The translations under genes and the position numbers were made by a program. Below, one piece after another: positions 33,718-45,221 of a stretch of DNA of 64,000 nucleotides (positions are counted from its first letter, which is position 1; the number at the start of each line of letters is the position of its first letter). The stretch lies in sequence record OQ722176.1. One strand, given 5' to 3'. The notes beneath the pieces are model-generated. The model searched no databases and was not told the DNA's origin. It saw nothing but the letters and a program-made list of their open reading frames with translations.

Positions 33718-36700
33718 TGGCAAATATTTTACAGGCACCTCCGATTATGGAGGTGTCAATCGACAAATTGACGCGAAACTATGCTGAACTTTCGTGGACG
33801 ACCGTGGGTGAAAACTTCCGCTACGAAATTCATGTTCGTTCAGCGGTCAATGTCTCGTTCTTGCCGTTTCAGTCATATCAACCGCTATACCCAAACCCGT
33901 TTACGGCTGAAACACGACTGTTCACTGGCATCAACGAATCTGTGCGTTACTATCAATGGCGCGTTCGTTCAGTATACAAAGGGTTTGAGCCAAGCGAATG
34001 GATTGAATCTGACGTTGGTTACACATCAGAAACGAATGATTACGATATAACCACTCAGTCTGAATTCACACCTGCGTCTTCATTCATAGAAGCGCGTTTG
34101 AATAATGACAACGACCAGTATCTTAACAGCCGTAACCAGCTTCAAGCAACCTTAGTACGACCAGGGTTTGAATTTGACCCTAACATGTTCAACGCAGATT
34201 CAGCCGCATATTGGTTTGTAACTAACCCAGGGTTCAGTGCGAACTACGGGAAAGTACCGTCTGTGTGTCAGAGCAACAGTCGTGTAATCCCAGCAGTTAT
34301 TGATGATGTGATTTATGCATTCGAGCGTTGGCAGGAAGTTTGTAAAGTATCGAATGACGGCGGTCAGACTTGGCAGACATACAGAGCAACAAACTCACGT
34401 CTTGGTAGCCCAGTGTATGATTGTATCTGTAAGCAGTCTAACACGTTCAGTTACTTGCTAGGGTATGATTACCTTATTCAAGGCGTTGCGTCTACTGACG
34501 TTGATTACTCGCACGATAACGGTACGGAATACAGTCATGCCTCGGTTGACTTGACGTTCGATAAGCTAGACTTCGATCTAGGCTTCGGATTTGACGTTGA
34601 GCGTTTCAAAGATCTTGCGATTCTACCACCTCAAGTACGTCATAAGGCAGATGCGTTTGGCGTTGATGACGTAATGACGGTTGTTACTCATGGCAACACA
34701 TACGTGTGGCACAATAACAGAATCCCGCGAATCTTCGATGAAGTTCTATCAGATCTTTATGGTGAGCGTATATTCGAAACGACGGGTATTGTAGACAACG
34801 AACCAGTGTATTTTGCTGAACCGATTGTATTGAACGATGTTAGTCGTCCTGCTTTTGATGAAAACACCGCTGACGTGTGTGTTAAGAAAATTCAGTACTT
34901 CGATGACCCAGAACAAGGCATCGAATATCAAGACGGTAACATGTATGCTTTAGTTATCGGTGAGTGGGAACACGACGGCAATGGCAAGCGAATCGGCACA
35001 TCAGATCCGAATGAAATTCGCGGTGTTTATCGTCTGAATCGTGTTCCGATTATGGACGGTGCGATTGTAATTGGGTATGAGAACTTAGAGTGGGAACGTG
35101 TATACGGAAACATTCCAGAAGAGCGCGAGCTATTGAATGAACGTTCAGTTATTTCTCGCGATAATACTCACCTAATCGTCGGTCATGACTTGACTAAAAA
35201 CTATGGCGAAGAAGGCAACCCTGCTTATGACAATCGTCAAGAGTCAAGCGGTGCACCGGGTAACTATCACTCACAGCCGGGTGATCGTTACGGTACAATC
35301 GACGACCCGTACTTAGTTGCAGACAACGACGAAGTTGACGAAGCGGTTCGCATGTTCACTAAGCCGTTCTTCACGACTTACGTTAAGCCAATGACTCAAA
35401 TCATTGCAACAAAAGACGGCGACACGTGGGATTATAAACCACAAGATTACTACGGTGCAGCGCATTTTAACTGGATGCAGCGTGCAGAAACACGCGACTG
35501 GAAATCGTGGGCAAACGAAATCATGTACTACAAGAAAGAGTCAATCTTCCGTCATGATTTTTCAGATCTTGAAGCAGTCCGTTGGAAAGAAACATTCAAC
35601 GAAGGCGAATACATGTTCGAAGCGCCAAATCTGACTATTTTCGGATTTAACGGCTATTCAGCAGGTGCGATTATTCACACCAAGAACGATAATAAAGTGG
35701 TTGGGTACTACAGATTCCCGTATCGCGTAGACATCACAGCGCCGATTCGTTGGTCGCCTGAACGTCGCGTAATCACGGCAAGTCTTTCTAACTATACGCC
35801 TGTTATCATTGAGCCGCCAGCAGAAGATCCAACGACTATGTTAGATCCAACGTTGACGCCATTGGTTTACAAAATGATGCCAGAAAACTACTTAGACGCA
35901 GACGGATTCTACAAGAGTTTCGCGAAGCACTACTTAGATTTCATCAGTAAAGGCGACGGCACAGCATACAACAATGTATACAACTTGCTAAACAGCAAAA
36001 ACCCGCTTGATGATCATTACACCGAGTATCTTCACAAGCTAGTATACGAGCGTAACCGAATTCTAGAACCTGAAAAACGTGATGCAGTTGTTAAGTTCTT
36101 CTTAGCAAGACGCGCAGACTTCTACAGCACGAAAGGTATTCTTGATTCGTACAAATTCTTGTTTAAGTTGCTGTACAATGAAAGTGTTGAGATTGAAATT
36201 GAATCTCTGAACACATTCGAATACGCGATTGTTGTAAACTCTAATGATGTGACAGATGATATTGTAGGTCGTCGTATATACTCAGAAACGGGTAACGCTG
36301 ACGTGACATACATCGACCGTTACTACATTGAGGGTAAGCGTTACTGGAAATTGACTCTGAACAACCTAATCGGTGAGCTTAATATCGGTGATGCATTGTC
36401 TATTGACGGCATTGAGTTTGCAGCTACTGCAATTACTCGCGTGCAAGGTGAGCGAATCGACTATGACTCAAATGAGTTCCTAGATCGAAGCAAAACTTAC
36501 TACGTTATGAAATTGCGTTCTGAATTGCAATTAAGCCAGTACAAAGACGACGTAATCCGTTTTGTACACCCAATCGGCTTCGGCTTCTTGGGAATCACGT
36601 TGCTGACAGTTCTAATCAATCACGGTATCTCTGTTTCGCACCATGAAACAATCGTGGATTCGTTCAGATTAGTTCGTTACGACAACGGCATTGGTTTGAA

Positions 36701-37214
36701 TTTCACTGAAGAAACATCATTGCTGAATTTCAGTGATGAGCGTGTGTATAACTCGTTCGGTGAGCTTCAATTGAAACCACACCCGTTAGCACTTGAAGAC
36801 CCGCTTGATCACGTGATTCACGACAGAATCAACAACACGCAAGGGGTTACAGTAACCGAATACAACGATTACTGGAGCAACGAGCGAGTGATTGCACTTG
36901 ATGAATCAGTTGTGATTGACGAACAACGATATATAGAGACAGACACGGGTGATATTAACGACATTTGGGGCGGGAAACAGCGCGTGCTTAACCCAGATTA
37001 CAACCCAACTGCGAAAGTTCAACCGGCAGATGCGAACGGCTCAATTCAATGGAGCATGACTCCATACGAACGTGCGCCAGCATTCATGTTTGACTGGTCA
37101 ACTGCCGCAATGAGTATTTCAGATATGTACGAAGATGTTGAGTACAGACTGAAAGACAATGTTGGTAACCCATATGACCCAGAAACGCCGACTCAAAAAC
37201 AAATAGGTGAATAA
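33717..37214 (+). CDS. 7: Baseplate wedge initiator gp7
   Basis: 1165 aa; FYSTKG...YKFLFKLLYNE; VHPIGF. Confidence 0.85.
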   Translation: MANILQAPPIMEVSIDKLTRNYAELSWTTVGENFRYEIHVRSAVNVSFLPFQSYQPLYPNPFTAETRLFTGINESVRYYQWRVRSVYKGFEPSEWIESDVGYTSETNDYDITTQSEFTPASSFIEARLNNDNDQYLNSRNQLQATLVRPGFEFDPNMFNADSAAYWFVTNPGFSANYGKVPSVCQSNSRVIPAVIDDVIYAFERWQEVCKVSNDGGQTWQTYRATNSRLGSPVYDCICKQSNTFSYLLGYDYLIQGVASTDVDYSHDNGTEYSHASVDLTFDKLDFDLGFGFDVERFKDLAILPPQVRHKADAFGVDDVMTVVTHGNTYVWHNNRIPRIFDEVLSDLYGERIFETTGIVDNEPVYFAEPIVLNDVSRPAFDENTADVCVKKIQYFDDPEQGIEYQDGNMYALVIGEWEHDGNGKRIGTSDPNEIRGVYRLNRVPIMDGAIVIGYENLEWERVYGNIPEERELLNERSVISRDNTHLIVGHDLTKNYGEEGNPAYDNRQESSGAPGNYHSQPGDRYGTIDDPYLVADNDEVDEAVRMFTKPFFTTYVKPMTQIIATKDGDTWDYKPQDYYGAAHFNWMQRAETRDWKSWANEIMYYKKESIFRHDFSDLEAVRWKETFNEGEYMFEAPNLTIFGFNGYSAGAIIHTKNDNKVVGYYRFPYRVDITAPIRWSPERRVITASLSNYTPVIIEPPAEDPTTMLDPTLTPLVYKMMPENYLDADGFYKSFAKHYLDFISKGDGTAYNNVYNLLNSKNPLDDHYTEYLHKLVYERNRILEPEKRDAVVKFFLARRADFYSTKGILDSYKFLFKLLYNESVEIEIESLNTFEYAIVVNSNDVTDDIVGRRIYSETGNADVTYIDRYYIEGKRYWKLTLNNLIGELNIGDALSIDGIEFAATAITRVQGERIDYDSNEFLDRSKTYYVMKLRSELQLSQYKDDVIRFVHPIGFGFLGITLLTVLINHGISVSHHETIVDSFRLVRYDNGIGLNFTEETSLLNFSDERVYNSFGELQLKPHPLALEDPLDHVIHDRINNTQGVTVTEYNDYWSNERVIALDESVVIDEQRYIETDTGDINDIWGGKQRVLNPDYNPTAKVQPADANGSIQWSMTPYERAPAFMFDWSTAAMSISDMYEDVEYRLKDNVGNPYDPETPTQKQIGE

Positions 37215-38238
37215 AGTGGCAAAAATTTACAGATCAACAATCACAACAGAATATCGAGTTAATAACTTGATGAACTTCTACGAAAACGTAGGTGATGAAG
37301 ACGACAAGAACACAATTTACCTTATGTTCGGTCGTAATGAACCATGGTCAGATCGCGAAGATGAAATAAACTTCGCGCCACCTTATCCTAACGATAGCCC
37401 AGACGGTAAAGCTGACGTTTGGGCTCGTGCGCTAGGTCTGATCAAGATTCCAAAAGCACAGCTTCGCCCTGTAATCCCTCGTAAGGATTGGGGCGACCCT
37501 GATTTGAATAACTCGCTTCGTTTTACGTTCGGTGACATCGTAACAGTTAACACAATGTCTGTCAACAGTCACCCAAGCGCGTTGAACGGTTACATGGTTT
37601 ATCGCTGCATTGACATCCCTGAAACTGACCCGAATAACACTAACATTCGCGGTACATGTTCGATTGCAACAGTGACAAACAAAGACGACTGTGTGGCGGT
37701 TGGCGGTGAATGGCTAGCGCCTTCATCGCCTGGCAACCAAGAGAACATCCCTCACGGTACAGGCAACGCGATTGAGACAGGTGATGGCTACATTTGGGAA
37801 TACTTGTACACGATTCCGCCGAACGAAGTTCTGACGAACGTAACGCAAGAATACATCGTATGTCCGTTCCCAGAAGACATCATTGAAAATCGCGTTGCGT
37901 GGGGTCTTGATCAGAACATCGTTTTCAACGAGAACTACGACGAGACGATTTTCAGTGTCGGTGCAGTTCAGCTTCGATTCAGAGCTAAACTAGCAGGTTC
38001 TGACTTCATTCACTTGTTCGGACCCGGGAATCAGGGCTATCGTCAAATTTCGATAGTTCAAAACCCGTTACTAGTTCGAGAAGAAGGTGCGACTGAAGAC
38101 ACAAAAGCGACTGAAACACGCTATGACCCATATCAGATTCAAGCCGGCACTGGTCAGGTAATCTATATGGAAAACCGACAGCCGATTCGTAAGACGCTCG
38201 ACCAAGTAGAAGAGTTCAACTTGATCTACAACTTCTAA
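37207..38238 (+). CDS. 8: Baseplate wedge gp8
   Basis: YLMFGRNEPW; GDGYIWEYLYTIP; IYMENR.PI. Confidence 0.9.
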   Translation: MNKVAKIYRSTITTEYRVNNLMNFYENVGDEDDKNTIYLMFGRNEPWSDREDEINFAPPYPNDSPDGKADVWARALGLIKIPKAQLRPVIPRKDWGDPDLNNSLRFTFGDIVTVNTMSVNSHPSALNGYMVYRCIDIPETDPNNTNIRGTCSIATVTNKDDCVAVGGEWLAPSSPGNQENIPHGTGNAIETGDGYIWEYLYTIPPNEVLTNVTQEYIVCPFPEDIIENRVAWGLDQNIVFNENYDETIFSVGAVQLRFRAKLAGSDFIHLFGPGNQGYRQISIVQNPLLVREEGATEDTKATETRYDPYQIQAGTGQVIYMENRQPIRKTLDQVEEFNLIYNF

Positions 38239-38294
38239 TAAATACAGTAAATAACTCATTAGGCGCGAAGATCGCGCCTTTCTTGGAGATTAAG

Positions 38295-39251
38295 ATGGGA
38301 CGACAAAGATTAGAAACTGGTACTGCGGGTTCGGTCGGTACTGGTGATACAATTCACAACGGTGGTAACAAGCTGCGTGATAACTCAGACGAGTTCTACC
38401 ACATCAATTCAGACTTTGAATTGACTGAAGCAGGTGAAAACTATATCCCTGCATACAACGACAACGCACCTCGACCACATGCAGGTGGGTACTGGAACAG
38501 AATTCCGCCAAGTTCAACTGCGGGTGGTTCTGGGGGACCGAACAACACAAACTTGCTTACTTCTATCGTGACGGGCGGGAAATACGACATTGACACATCA
38601 GCACTAGGTGGCGGTGCATCAATGACGCTGAACTTGCCTAAAATCGGAACGACTGCGGGTATGGCAAAACGCGGTGAGCGAATTGAATTTCAAAACACTA
38701 CTGCGACGCTAGACACAAACCCGATTGTAATTTCACCATCAGCAGGTGATGCTATCGTAGGTGCGTCTGAGCTAAACGGCACACAAATCGTTCGTACGAA
38801 TCGCTGTCATATTGTTTGTACAGTAATCGACGATGGTACAGGTCTAGCAGGGACGCCACAATGGGGTATCAAGATCAACCCACTAGTAGGTGACTTTGGC
38901 GCGCCGGTAAACGACACGATTTACTCAATCCCAGACACAGTAACAGTTACAATGCCGCTATTTGACGTACTATCATATGCAGCATGTAAATTGATGGTAT
39001 ATGCAGAGAACAGCGACCCACTACAAGGTGGTGCGGTTACTCGTCGTATGTCTTCGGAATTGTTGCTGCTAAATAATGTAACAGACGTTTATATTGATGA
39101 ATATTCAGTAATCAATACAGACAGAGATTTTGGTAACTTGATTCTGATTGAACCTAGAGTTGACAATGGTGTTATTGTACTGGACATCACTTCTAATGAT
39201 GACAACGTTTCAATTGCTATCAAATCTATCGAAACAATCAGACTATCGTAA
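38295..39251 (+). CDS. 9: Baseplate wedge tail fibre connector gp9
   Basis: GTGDTIHNGG.KL..N; ATG 38295 after GGAGA. Confidence 0.8.
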   Translation: MGRQRLETGTAGSVGTGDTIHNGGNKLRDNSDEFYHINSDFELTEAGENYIPAYNDNAPRPHAGGYWNRIPPSSTAGGSGGPNNTNLLTSIVTGGKYDIDTSALGGGASMTLNLPKIGTTAGMAKRGERIEFQNTTATLDTNPIVISPSAGDAIVGASELNGTQIVRTNRCHIVCTVIDDGTGLAGTPQWGIKINPLVGDFGAPVNDTIYSIPDTVTVTMPLFDVLSYAACKLMVYAENSDPLQGGAVTRRMSSELLLLNNVTDVYIDEYSVINTDRDFGNLILIEPRVDNGVIVLDITSNDDNVSIAIKSIETIRLS

Positions 39252-39260
39252 GGGACAATA

Positions 39261-41507
39261 ATGAAACAGACGATCAACGTCGGGCAAATTGTTGACGACG
39301 GTACTGGTGATTACCTACGACAAGGTGGCATCAAGACTCGTGACAATTTCGACGAAATATACAGTCATTTAGGCGACGGTAGCAGACTATATGCTGCCGG
39401 TGCTTGGCGCACTTGGAAATTTGCTTCTACATATCTGAACGGTGATTCATCGTACAACCCTGCTAACGCTGAACTGTATTTCGACGAGAACGGCGATGGT
39501 CAGGGCCCTGAGCTATATGCAAGCTTCGGTGAGTCATGGACGGTCGACACGTCTCTTGGTTCAGTGAACGTATATCTACCGGCAGGTGTAGAAGAAGCAG
39601 ACTACGGCAAAGCTATTCGAGTTCGTGACGTTAAAGGGACATGGGATAAACAGCTTGTAACAATCTACCCAGACCCTAAAGACTCGATTAAACGTGTAGC
39701 AGGCGCAGCACAAAACGAATTGGGTTCAGGTGCTGAATTCAGCAATGCATACCAAGACTTAGAACTAGTTTTCACGCCACCACGCCACTGGGAATACGTT
39801 GCTCAGAAATACGTAAACGGTTTGACATTTGGTGATGTTCCTAGTGTTTTGCGTCGTGCATTGATTTCACGTCAAGATCAGCGTGACTTTAACATGTCAC
39901 TTGAGCTAAACGGTGGTATATACAACCAAGCAGCGGTTGAAGTTTATCGTCGTGGTAACTTGCTGTACTTCGGTACAGATTTAAACGACTTCAGCGACTA
40001 CGGTTCAGTTCCGTTGCATACAGTTGATGCATGGGTTGCTAATAACCCTGAAACGTACTATGTCGGTGATTTAGTTCGAGGTGATGCAGTTACAGGTCGC
40101 GACGACCGCGTGTGGCAATGTATCGTCGAGCACAACAGCATCGGTACATGGCAAGAGAATAACTGGGCTGAATTTGCAGATTTCCCAGATTACGTAGATC
40201 ACACTGGCTCAACCGCATATTCAGTCGGTGATATTGTAACTCAAGATCATGGCGGGTTCTCTCAAACGTTTGAATGTTTGATTTCCCATACTTCAGCAGC
40301 GGGCTATACAGACCTGACAGCCGATAGTCGTTGGAAACAATTGACAAACGATGATTTGGCACCGTTAGACGGCAGAACTATTCGCTTGCGCCTACCAGCC
40401 AACGAAAACGACCCGATTGCAATGGTTACTTACTTGAGTGACGTATCGAGTTTCCGTAGCAGCTATGTTTTGAAGTCGATTAGACTAATTGATGAAAACA
40501 ACTATGGTGTCGAAGAGTCACCGGGTGCTATTGTCAAGAAAGAATTTGTTCCTGATATGACAGTTGAGCTAGTAGACTTCGGTTTCCCAGAGTATACACA
40601 ATTCAACACAGAAACGCTAGAAGTTCTTGTGAACGGTACTCAGTTGACACGTGCTAACACAGCCGGTAACGGTGATAGTCAAAGTGGCGGCGATTACGAT
40701 TTCGACTACATTCAAGATGCTCAAGGTCGCTGGAATACGCTAGTTTTTGCTGAAGCACTAAGCGATAGCGACATCGTGACAGTTCGTTGGTACGATAACG
40801 TAATCGGTACGCTTCTTTCATGGGATGAAGGCGACGATAACCTGCAAGAAAGAACTCGTGAGATCTTTGTATCTCGTGACGACTGGGCAGACGTTCGACG
40901 CTTCAACAAAATTCTGTACACTGACCCACTAAACCCGAGTGCGGCAGTTACTGAAGTACTACCAGACCCAGAAACATTCGCACCTGGCGGTACGTTGATT
41001 TCATTGTTTGAAAGTATCTTCCCGATTGGTTCAGTTTACACGAATGCAAACAACCCGAATAACCCAGCCGATTACATGGGATTTGGTACTTGGGTTCGTT
41101 ACGGTCCCGGTCGTACAATCGTTGGCTGGAACCCGAATGATGACGGCAAATTCCATCGAAACAATAACAACGAAAACATTGTTCAAGCGGGTGGTACTGG
41201 TGGTTCAATTGGTGTTACGCTGACTAAAGCTAACATCCCAGAACTGATAAGTACTACAAACCCTAACTACAACAATGAAGCAGAGCGCGACATCGGTAAC
41301 ACGACTGAGCAATATAGCTTAGTTGCGCGTTCAGCAACAGCGGGTGGTGATATTAACTTGAATGGCTGTCTAGGTGACCCAGAGAACACCGTTCCTCTAG
41401 CTTACTACAAAGAAGAGCCAATCAAAGTCAACCACGGTCAGGTAGCACAAGCAGTTGACGTAACACAACCGTACATCACTGCATACACTTGGTTAAGGAC
41501 TGCATAA
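39261..41507 (+). CDS. 10: Baseplate wedge gp10
   Basis: MKQ.INVGQIVDDGTGDYLRQGGIK; C-terminal QPYIT.YTW.R. Confidence 0.9.
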   Translation: MKQTINVGQIVDDGTGDYLRQGGIKTRDNFDEIYSHLGDGSRLYAAGAWRTWKFASTYLNGDSSYNPANAELYFDENGDGQGPELYASFGESWTVDTSLGSVNVYLPAGVEEADYGKAIRVRDVKGTWDKQLVTIYPDPKDSIKRVAGAAQNELGSGAEFSNAYQDLELVFTPPRHWEYVAQKYVNGLTFGDVPSVLRRALISRQDQRDFNMSLELNGGIYNQAAVEVYRRGNLLYFGTDLNDFSDYGSVPLHTVDAWVANNPETYYVGDLVRGDAVTGRDDRVWQCIVEHNSIGTWQENNWAEFADFPDYVDHTGSTAYSVGDIVTQDHGGFSQTFECLISHTSAAGYTDLTADSRWKQLTNDDLAPLDGRTIRLRLPANENDPIAMVTYLSDVSSFRSSYVLKSIRLIDENNYGVEESPGAIVKKEFVPDMTVELVDFGFPEYTQFNTETLEVLVNGTQLTRANTAGNGDSQSGGDYDFDYIQDAQGRWNTLVFAEALSDSDIVTVRWYDNVIGTLLSWDEGDDNLQERTREIFVSRDDWADVRRFNKILYTDPLNPSAAVTEVLPDPETFAPGGTLISLFESIFPIGSVYTNANNPNNPADYMGFGTWVRYGPGRTIVGWNPNDDGKFHRNNNNENIVQAGGTGGSIGVTLTKANIPELISTTNPNYNNEAERDIGNTTEQYSLVARSATAGGDINLNGCLGDPENTVPLAYYKEEPIKVNHGQVAQAVDVTQPYITAYTWLRTA

Positions 41508-42193
41508 TGACAACTAAAGCAAGACATGCGTCACGAGTGTGGAGCAATGATTCTCGCATGAAAATCTTCGATCAAACATCAATTGATGACTCGGGCTTGT
41601 TCCCGGGTGATCGCTTCAACTTCCGCGGTGCGGTGTTGGGCGACTCGACAATTGATGAGATTCAAGAGGGTGCGTGGGATCCAAACGTTCAAGCTGCTAT
41701 CATGCAGCTTGCAATGGCAGCAATCATGCCAGTCGGTACGATTATCGCTTCATCAGACGCAACGAACCCGTTCAACACGAACCAGTTCAATGAAACAATC
41801 ACGTATAGCGGAACATCAGGCGTAGATAACATCAGCTTGTATGGTGTATCAGTTCAACTTAACGTCGGTGATTCAGACAACGACATTGCAGAAAAAGTCT
41901 TCACGGCTCTTCACGCATCGGCATTGTTTGATACTGTACCAACAGACCACGTTGCACCGTCGAACACGTTTCTTTTGAAACACCGTAGTTCAAGACCGCA
42001 TAATACAGCGTACACATCGACGCTCACAGACATTTTAGACCCTGAGGGTAGTCCAACAGGGATTCAAGCTCAGAGCGTCGTGACGGGTACATCAGACGGT
42101 CAGAAGAGCTTAGGTTACGGTGAGTGGGAACTGTATTACACAGACACACTAACATTCCCAGATACAGTTTATTACTATAGAAGGATTGCATAA
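41507..42193 (+). CDS. 11: Baseplate wedge gp11
   Basis: Synteny; MPVGTII; GYGEW. Confidence 0.75.
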   Translation: MTTKARHASRVWSNDSRMKIFDQTSIDDSGLFPGDRFNFRGAVLGDSTIDEIQEGAWDPNVQAAIMQLAMAAIMPVGTIIASSDATNPFNTNQFNETITYSGTSGVDNISLYGVSVQLNVGDSDNDIAEKVFTALHASALFDTVPTDHVAPSNTFLLKHRSSRPHNTAYTSTLTDILDPEGSPTGIQAQSVVTGTSDGQKSLGYGEWELYYTDTLTFPDTVYYYRRIA

Positions 42194-43731
42194 TGTCAGG
42201 AACAAACATATTCACGCACGTTAGTGACGAGGCACAATATGTTTACCTGCAACCGTTCGTATCGCCTGGCGCAGCTTTTGAGTCAGGCGGTGACGTACAG
42301 AGTATCTTAGAGCAAATCGACCCAAGTGCGTTAGCTGAATTGCCACCACTCCCTTATGCGACTTCAACTGAGCTAGGGGCGGTTGAATATTCAACTCAAG
42401 CCGAGGCAAATGCACTAGACGATCTGCTAACTGTGCTTACACCTGAGACTCTTGACGGGGTTGATCAGTTTGTATCGCCAGCAACGGATACTCAGTTAGG
42501 TAACTTACAAGAACTACGCACAATTGATTTGACTCGAACTTATGCATCATCAGACGCAAGTCGATTGCTATCATATCGTCGATTAGAAGAAATGATGACA
42601 GTCAGAAACGCACTTGACGATGACACAACTGATCAGTCTCGTGGGTTTTCGCAATTTGCAACGCTTGCTGAATCACTGTCATACGCACCAAACCGATTCA
42701 TTTCACCGATGAGAACGTGGAACTTAATCAAGACTGAGATTCCGAACCCATGGTCTCAAGCAACTGAATCATTGAAGGGTGTTCTAAGAACAGTTGGTCC
42801 CGGTGATTCTAACAAATCAGATGCATCAATCGCAATCAGCGTGAAAGGCTTGAATTATGTCTCGGCAGCTAAAGCAAAGCGAGGCGCGTTTAAGCTAACT
42901 CAAAACAACTATGATAGAAACGCAAGTGATGCAAATGAATACGCAATCACCCCAAACACGATAGACAATTTATTAGGTACGGCTGACAAGCACGGATTCT
43001 TTCAATTACCTGCTACGTATGTGAATGATAGCACGCAAGTAACAAGCGCAGCACTAGGGTATGATCTAGCAGACAAATTGGGACCTACTGGTGGTACGAT
43101 TACAGGAACACTTCAGTGTGACAATATCATCAGTAAACTAGTTACTAGACAAAAACAAACGAACTATAACGGTACGTATTATGTCAATGTAACTGAGAAC
43201 AGAGAAATGTTCCCGAATGACCAGTTAGATGGAAAAATTGGTCTAGCAGGTCGCCCAATTGGTAGCATTTTCCATTGTACTGCAAACGTCGATCCGAATA
43301 CGATTTTCGGCGGGATATGGTATCGAATCACTGGCGGTCAAACGATGATGGGTGAAGGGACAGGGAATGATGGTTTCCGTAAGCGTTATTTCTCAGCCGG
43401 TTCTACTCGAAATGATAGCAGAGTAAAACTAACAGAATCGCAATTGCCAAAACACAGTCATGCTAGTTGGGGTGAAGCATACACAGGGTCTAAATCACAG
43501 TGTATCAAATACGACGAGATTCGTAACCCATACGGTGTAACTTACAAATGTACTCAATATAGCTATGTTGACTACTGGCCATTCGGCTATACAGGTTCAA
43601 GAAATAATGTGGGCATGGGTGCTACTGACCATGATAACTACATGTACTACACATCACCAGTCGGTGGGAATCAGGCTCATGAAAATATGATGCCATTCTA
43701 CGCCGTTTATATTTGGAGACGAGTTAAATGA
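42193..43731 (+). CDS. 12: Short tail fibre gp12, paralogue A
   Basis: THVSDEAQYV N-terminus, AT-repeat shaft, collar, HSH motif. Confidence 0.8.
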   Translation: MSGTNIFTHVSDEAQYVYLQPFVSPGAAFESGGDVQSILEQIDPSALAELPPLPYATSTELGAVEYSTQAEANALDDLLTVLTPETLDGVDQFVSPATDTQLGNLQELRTIDLTRTYASSDASRLLSYRRLEEMMTVRNALDDDTTDQSRGFSQFATLAESLSYAPNRFISPMRTWNLIKTEIPNPWSQATESLKGVLRTVGPGDSNKSDASIAISVKGLNYVSAAKAKRGAFKLTQNNYDRNASDANEYAITPNTIDNLLGTADKHGFFQLPATYVNDSTQVTSAALGYDLADKLGPTGGTITGTLQCDNIISKLVTRQKQTNYNGTYYVNVTENREMFPNDQLDGKIGLAGRPIGSIFHCTANVDPNTIFGGIWYRITGGQTMMGEGTGNDGFRKRYFSAGSTRNDSRVKLTESQLPKHSHASWGEAYTGSKSQCIKYDEIRNPYGVTYKCTQYSYVDYWPFGYTGSRNNVGMGATDHDNYMYYTSPVGGNQAHENMMPFYAVYIWRRVK

Positions 43732-45149
43732 GTAAAGGAACTCAAATTTTCAACCACGTGATTGATGATGCGGGTACGGTTACAGTCGAAGTTGCTGGTA
43801 CTGCCTTTGAAGGGCAGACTGGCGGCAATGATGATCTTCAGACATGTCTTGAATTGATTCAAGAACATGCGCTGTCACCAATCCCAGATTATCCAGTCGC
43901 ATCGACGACAGTCGCAGGTATTACATTACTAAGCGACGAAACGGCAGTTTCAAACCCAGCGAATGACACGAGCGCGGTCACACCGTATGCACTTAATTAC
44001 TGGATGGAAAATCACGCAACTGCAACTGAAGTTCAGTTTGGTTTCGTTAAATTGATCACTGAAACTACGATTGATACAGTTTCACCGTCTGCGCCAGTTG
44101 AAGCAGCACAGAGTCACGCATTCACGTTGAAGACGTTGAACTATGCGTTGAACAACCGCTTCTATGCGACTGAATCTGCACCGGGTGCTGTGCGTCTAGC
44201 GACATCAGCACAAGCTACTACGACGGGCTCATTATCGTCAACTGTAGCAATGACTCCTCAGCGAGTCAAGCAAATGCTTGATGTATGGGCTAACACTACA
44301 GCATCAGACGCTTCGGAATCTACGAAAGGTTTGATTCGTTTAGCAAACGGAACAGAAGTTAACAGTACTTCAGTGAGTGAAGACAATCTTGCAATTTCGC
44401 CGTATCGTTTTAACTTCAGAACAGCAACAACAACTCGAAAAGCTGGTTTTTATCTTCCAGACGCAACAGTTGCGAATGCTCGTTCATCAAACGATCACGC
44501 GGTGACAGTTGGCACGTTGAGTTTATTCAGCGCGAATAGTTCTCGCGTAGGCGTTGCAAAGATTGCAAACAACTTAACAACCAATGACCCATTACAAGCA
44601 CTTAGTGCAGCTATGGGATACAAGCTGAATAATGAAAAGATTGGTGCACCTGGCGGTACAATAAATGGAACGCTGAAAGTAAATAACATTCAGTCAGTTT
44701 CTGGAACTCAATTAATGCAGAATGGTTTGATTGCATCTAGAGCTATGCTGAACATGTATCCAGTCGGTGCAGTTTACATGTCTCTTGTGTCAACATCACC
44801 TGCAACATTATTTGGCGGAACATGGACTCGTTTAGCGCAAGGTAGAGTTCTTGTTTCAGAAGGGTCATATGGCGGCAGAACATTCAATATTCGTCAAACT
44901 GGCGGTGAGTATGAAGTTACTCTAACTGAAGCAACAATCCCGTCTCACAAACACGCGGGTTGGGGTGAACATCACGACGGCAACGGTGTGGGATTCGGTG
45001 TAGCTTATCAGTACGGGCGTAATAACCCGGGTTCTCGTAAGACTGACCGAGATAACTACTTGTATTACACGTCACCAGTTGGTGGTAACCAAGCGCACAA
45101 CAACATTCAGCCGTACTACACTGTTTACATGTGGGAAAGAACTGCATAA
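43728..45149 (+). CDS. 12: Short tail fibre gp12-like, paralogue B
   Basis: NHVIDDAGTV N-terminus, ATE..G repeats, collar YPVGAVY, HKH motif. Confidence 0.75.
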   Translation: MSKGTQIFNHVIDDAGTVTVEVAGTAFEGQTGGNDDLQTCLELIQEHALSPIPDYPVASTTVAGITLLSDETAVSNPANDTSAVTPYALNYWMENHATATEVQFGFVKLITETTIDTVSPSAPVEAAQSHAFTLKTLNYALNNRFYATESAPGAVRLATSAQATTTGSLSSTVAMTPQRVKQMLDVWANTTASDASESTKGLIRLANGTEVNSTSVSEDNLAISPYRFNFRTATTTRKAGFYLPDATVANARSSNDHAVTVGTLSLFSANSSRVGVAKIANNLTTNDPLQALSAAMGYKLNNEKIGAPGGTINGTLKVNNIQSVSGTQLMQNGLIASRAMLNMYPVGAVYMSLVSTSPATLFGGTWTRLAQGRVLVSEGSYGGRTFNIRQTGGEYEVTLTEATIPSHKHAGWGEHHDGNGVGFGVAYQYGRNNPGSRKTDRDNYLYYTSPVGGNQAHNNIQPYYTVYMWERTA

Positions 45150-45189
45150 AGACAAGCATAGTATAGCTTGAAAGTCAATATGAATAAAC

Positions 45190-45217
45190 GGGTGAGATTT
45201 ATTTCTCACCCTTTTTT
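45190..45217 (+). terminator. Intrinsic terminator
   Basis: GGGTGAGA/TCTCACCC + T tract. Confidence 0.8.
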
Positions 45218-45221
45218 GTAT

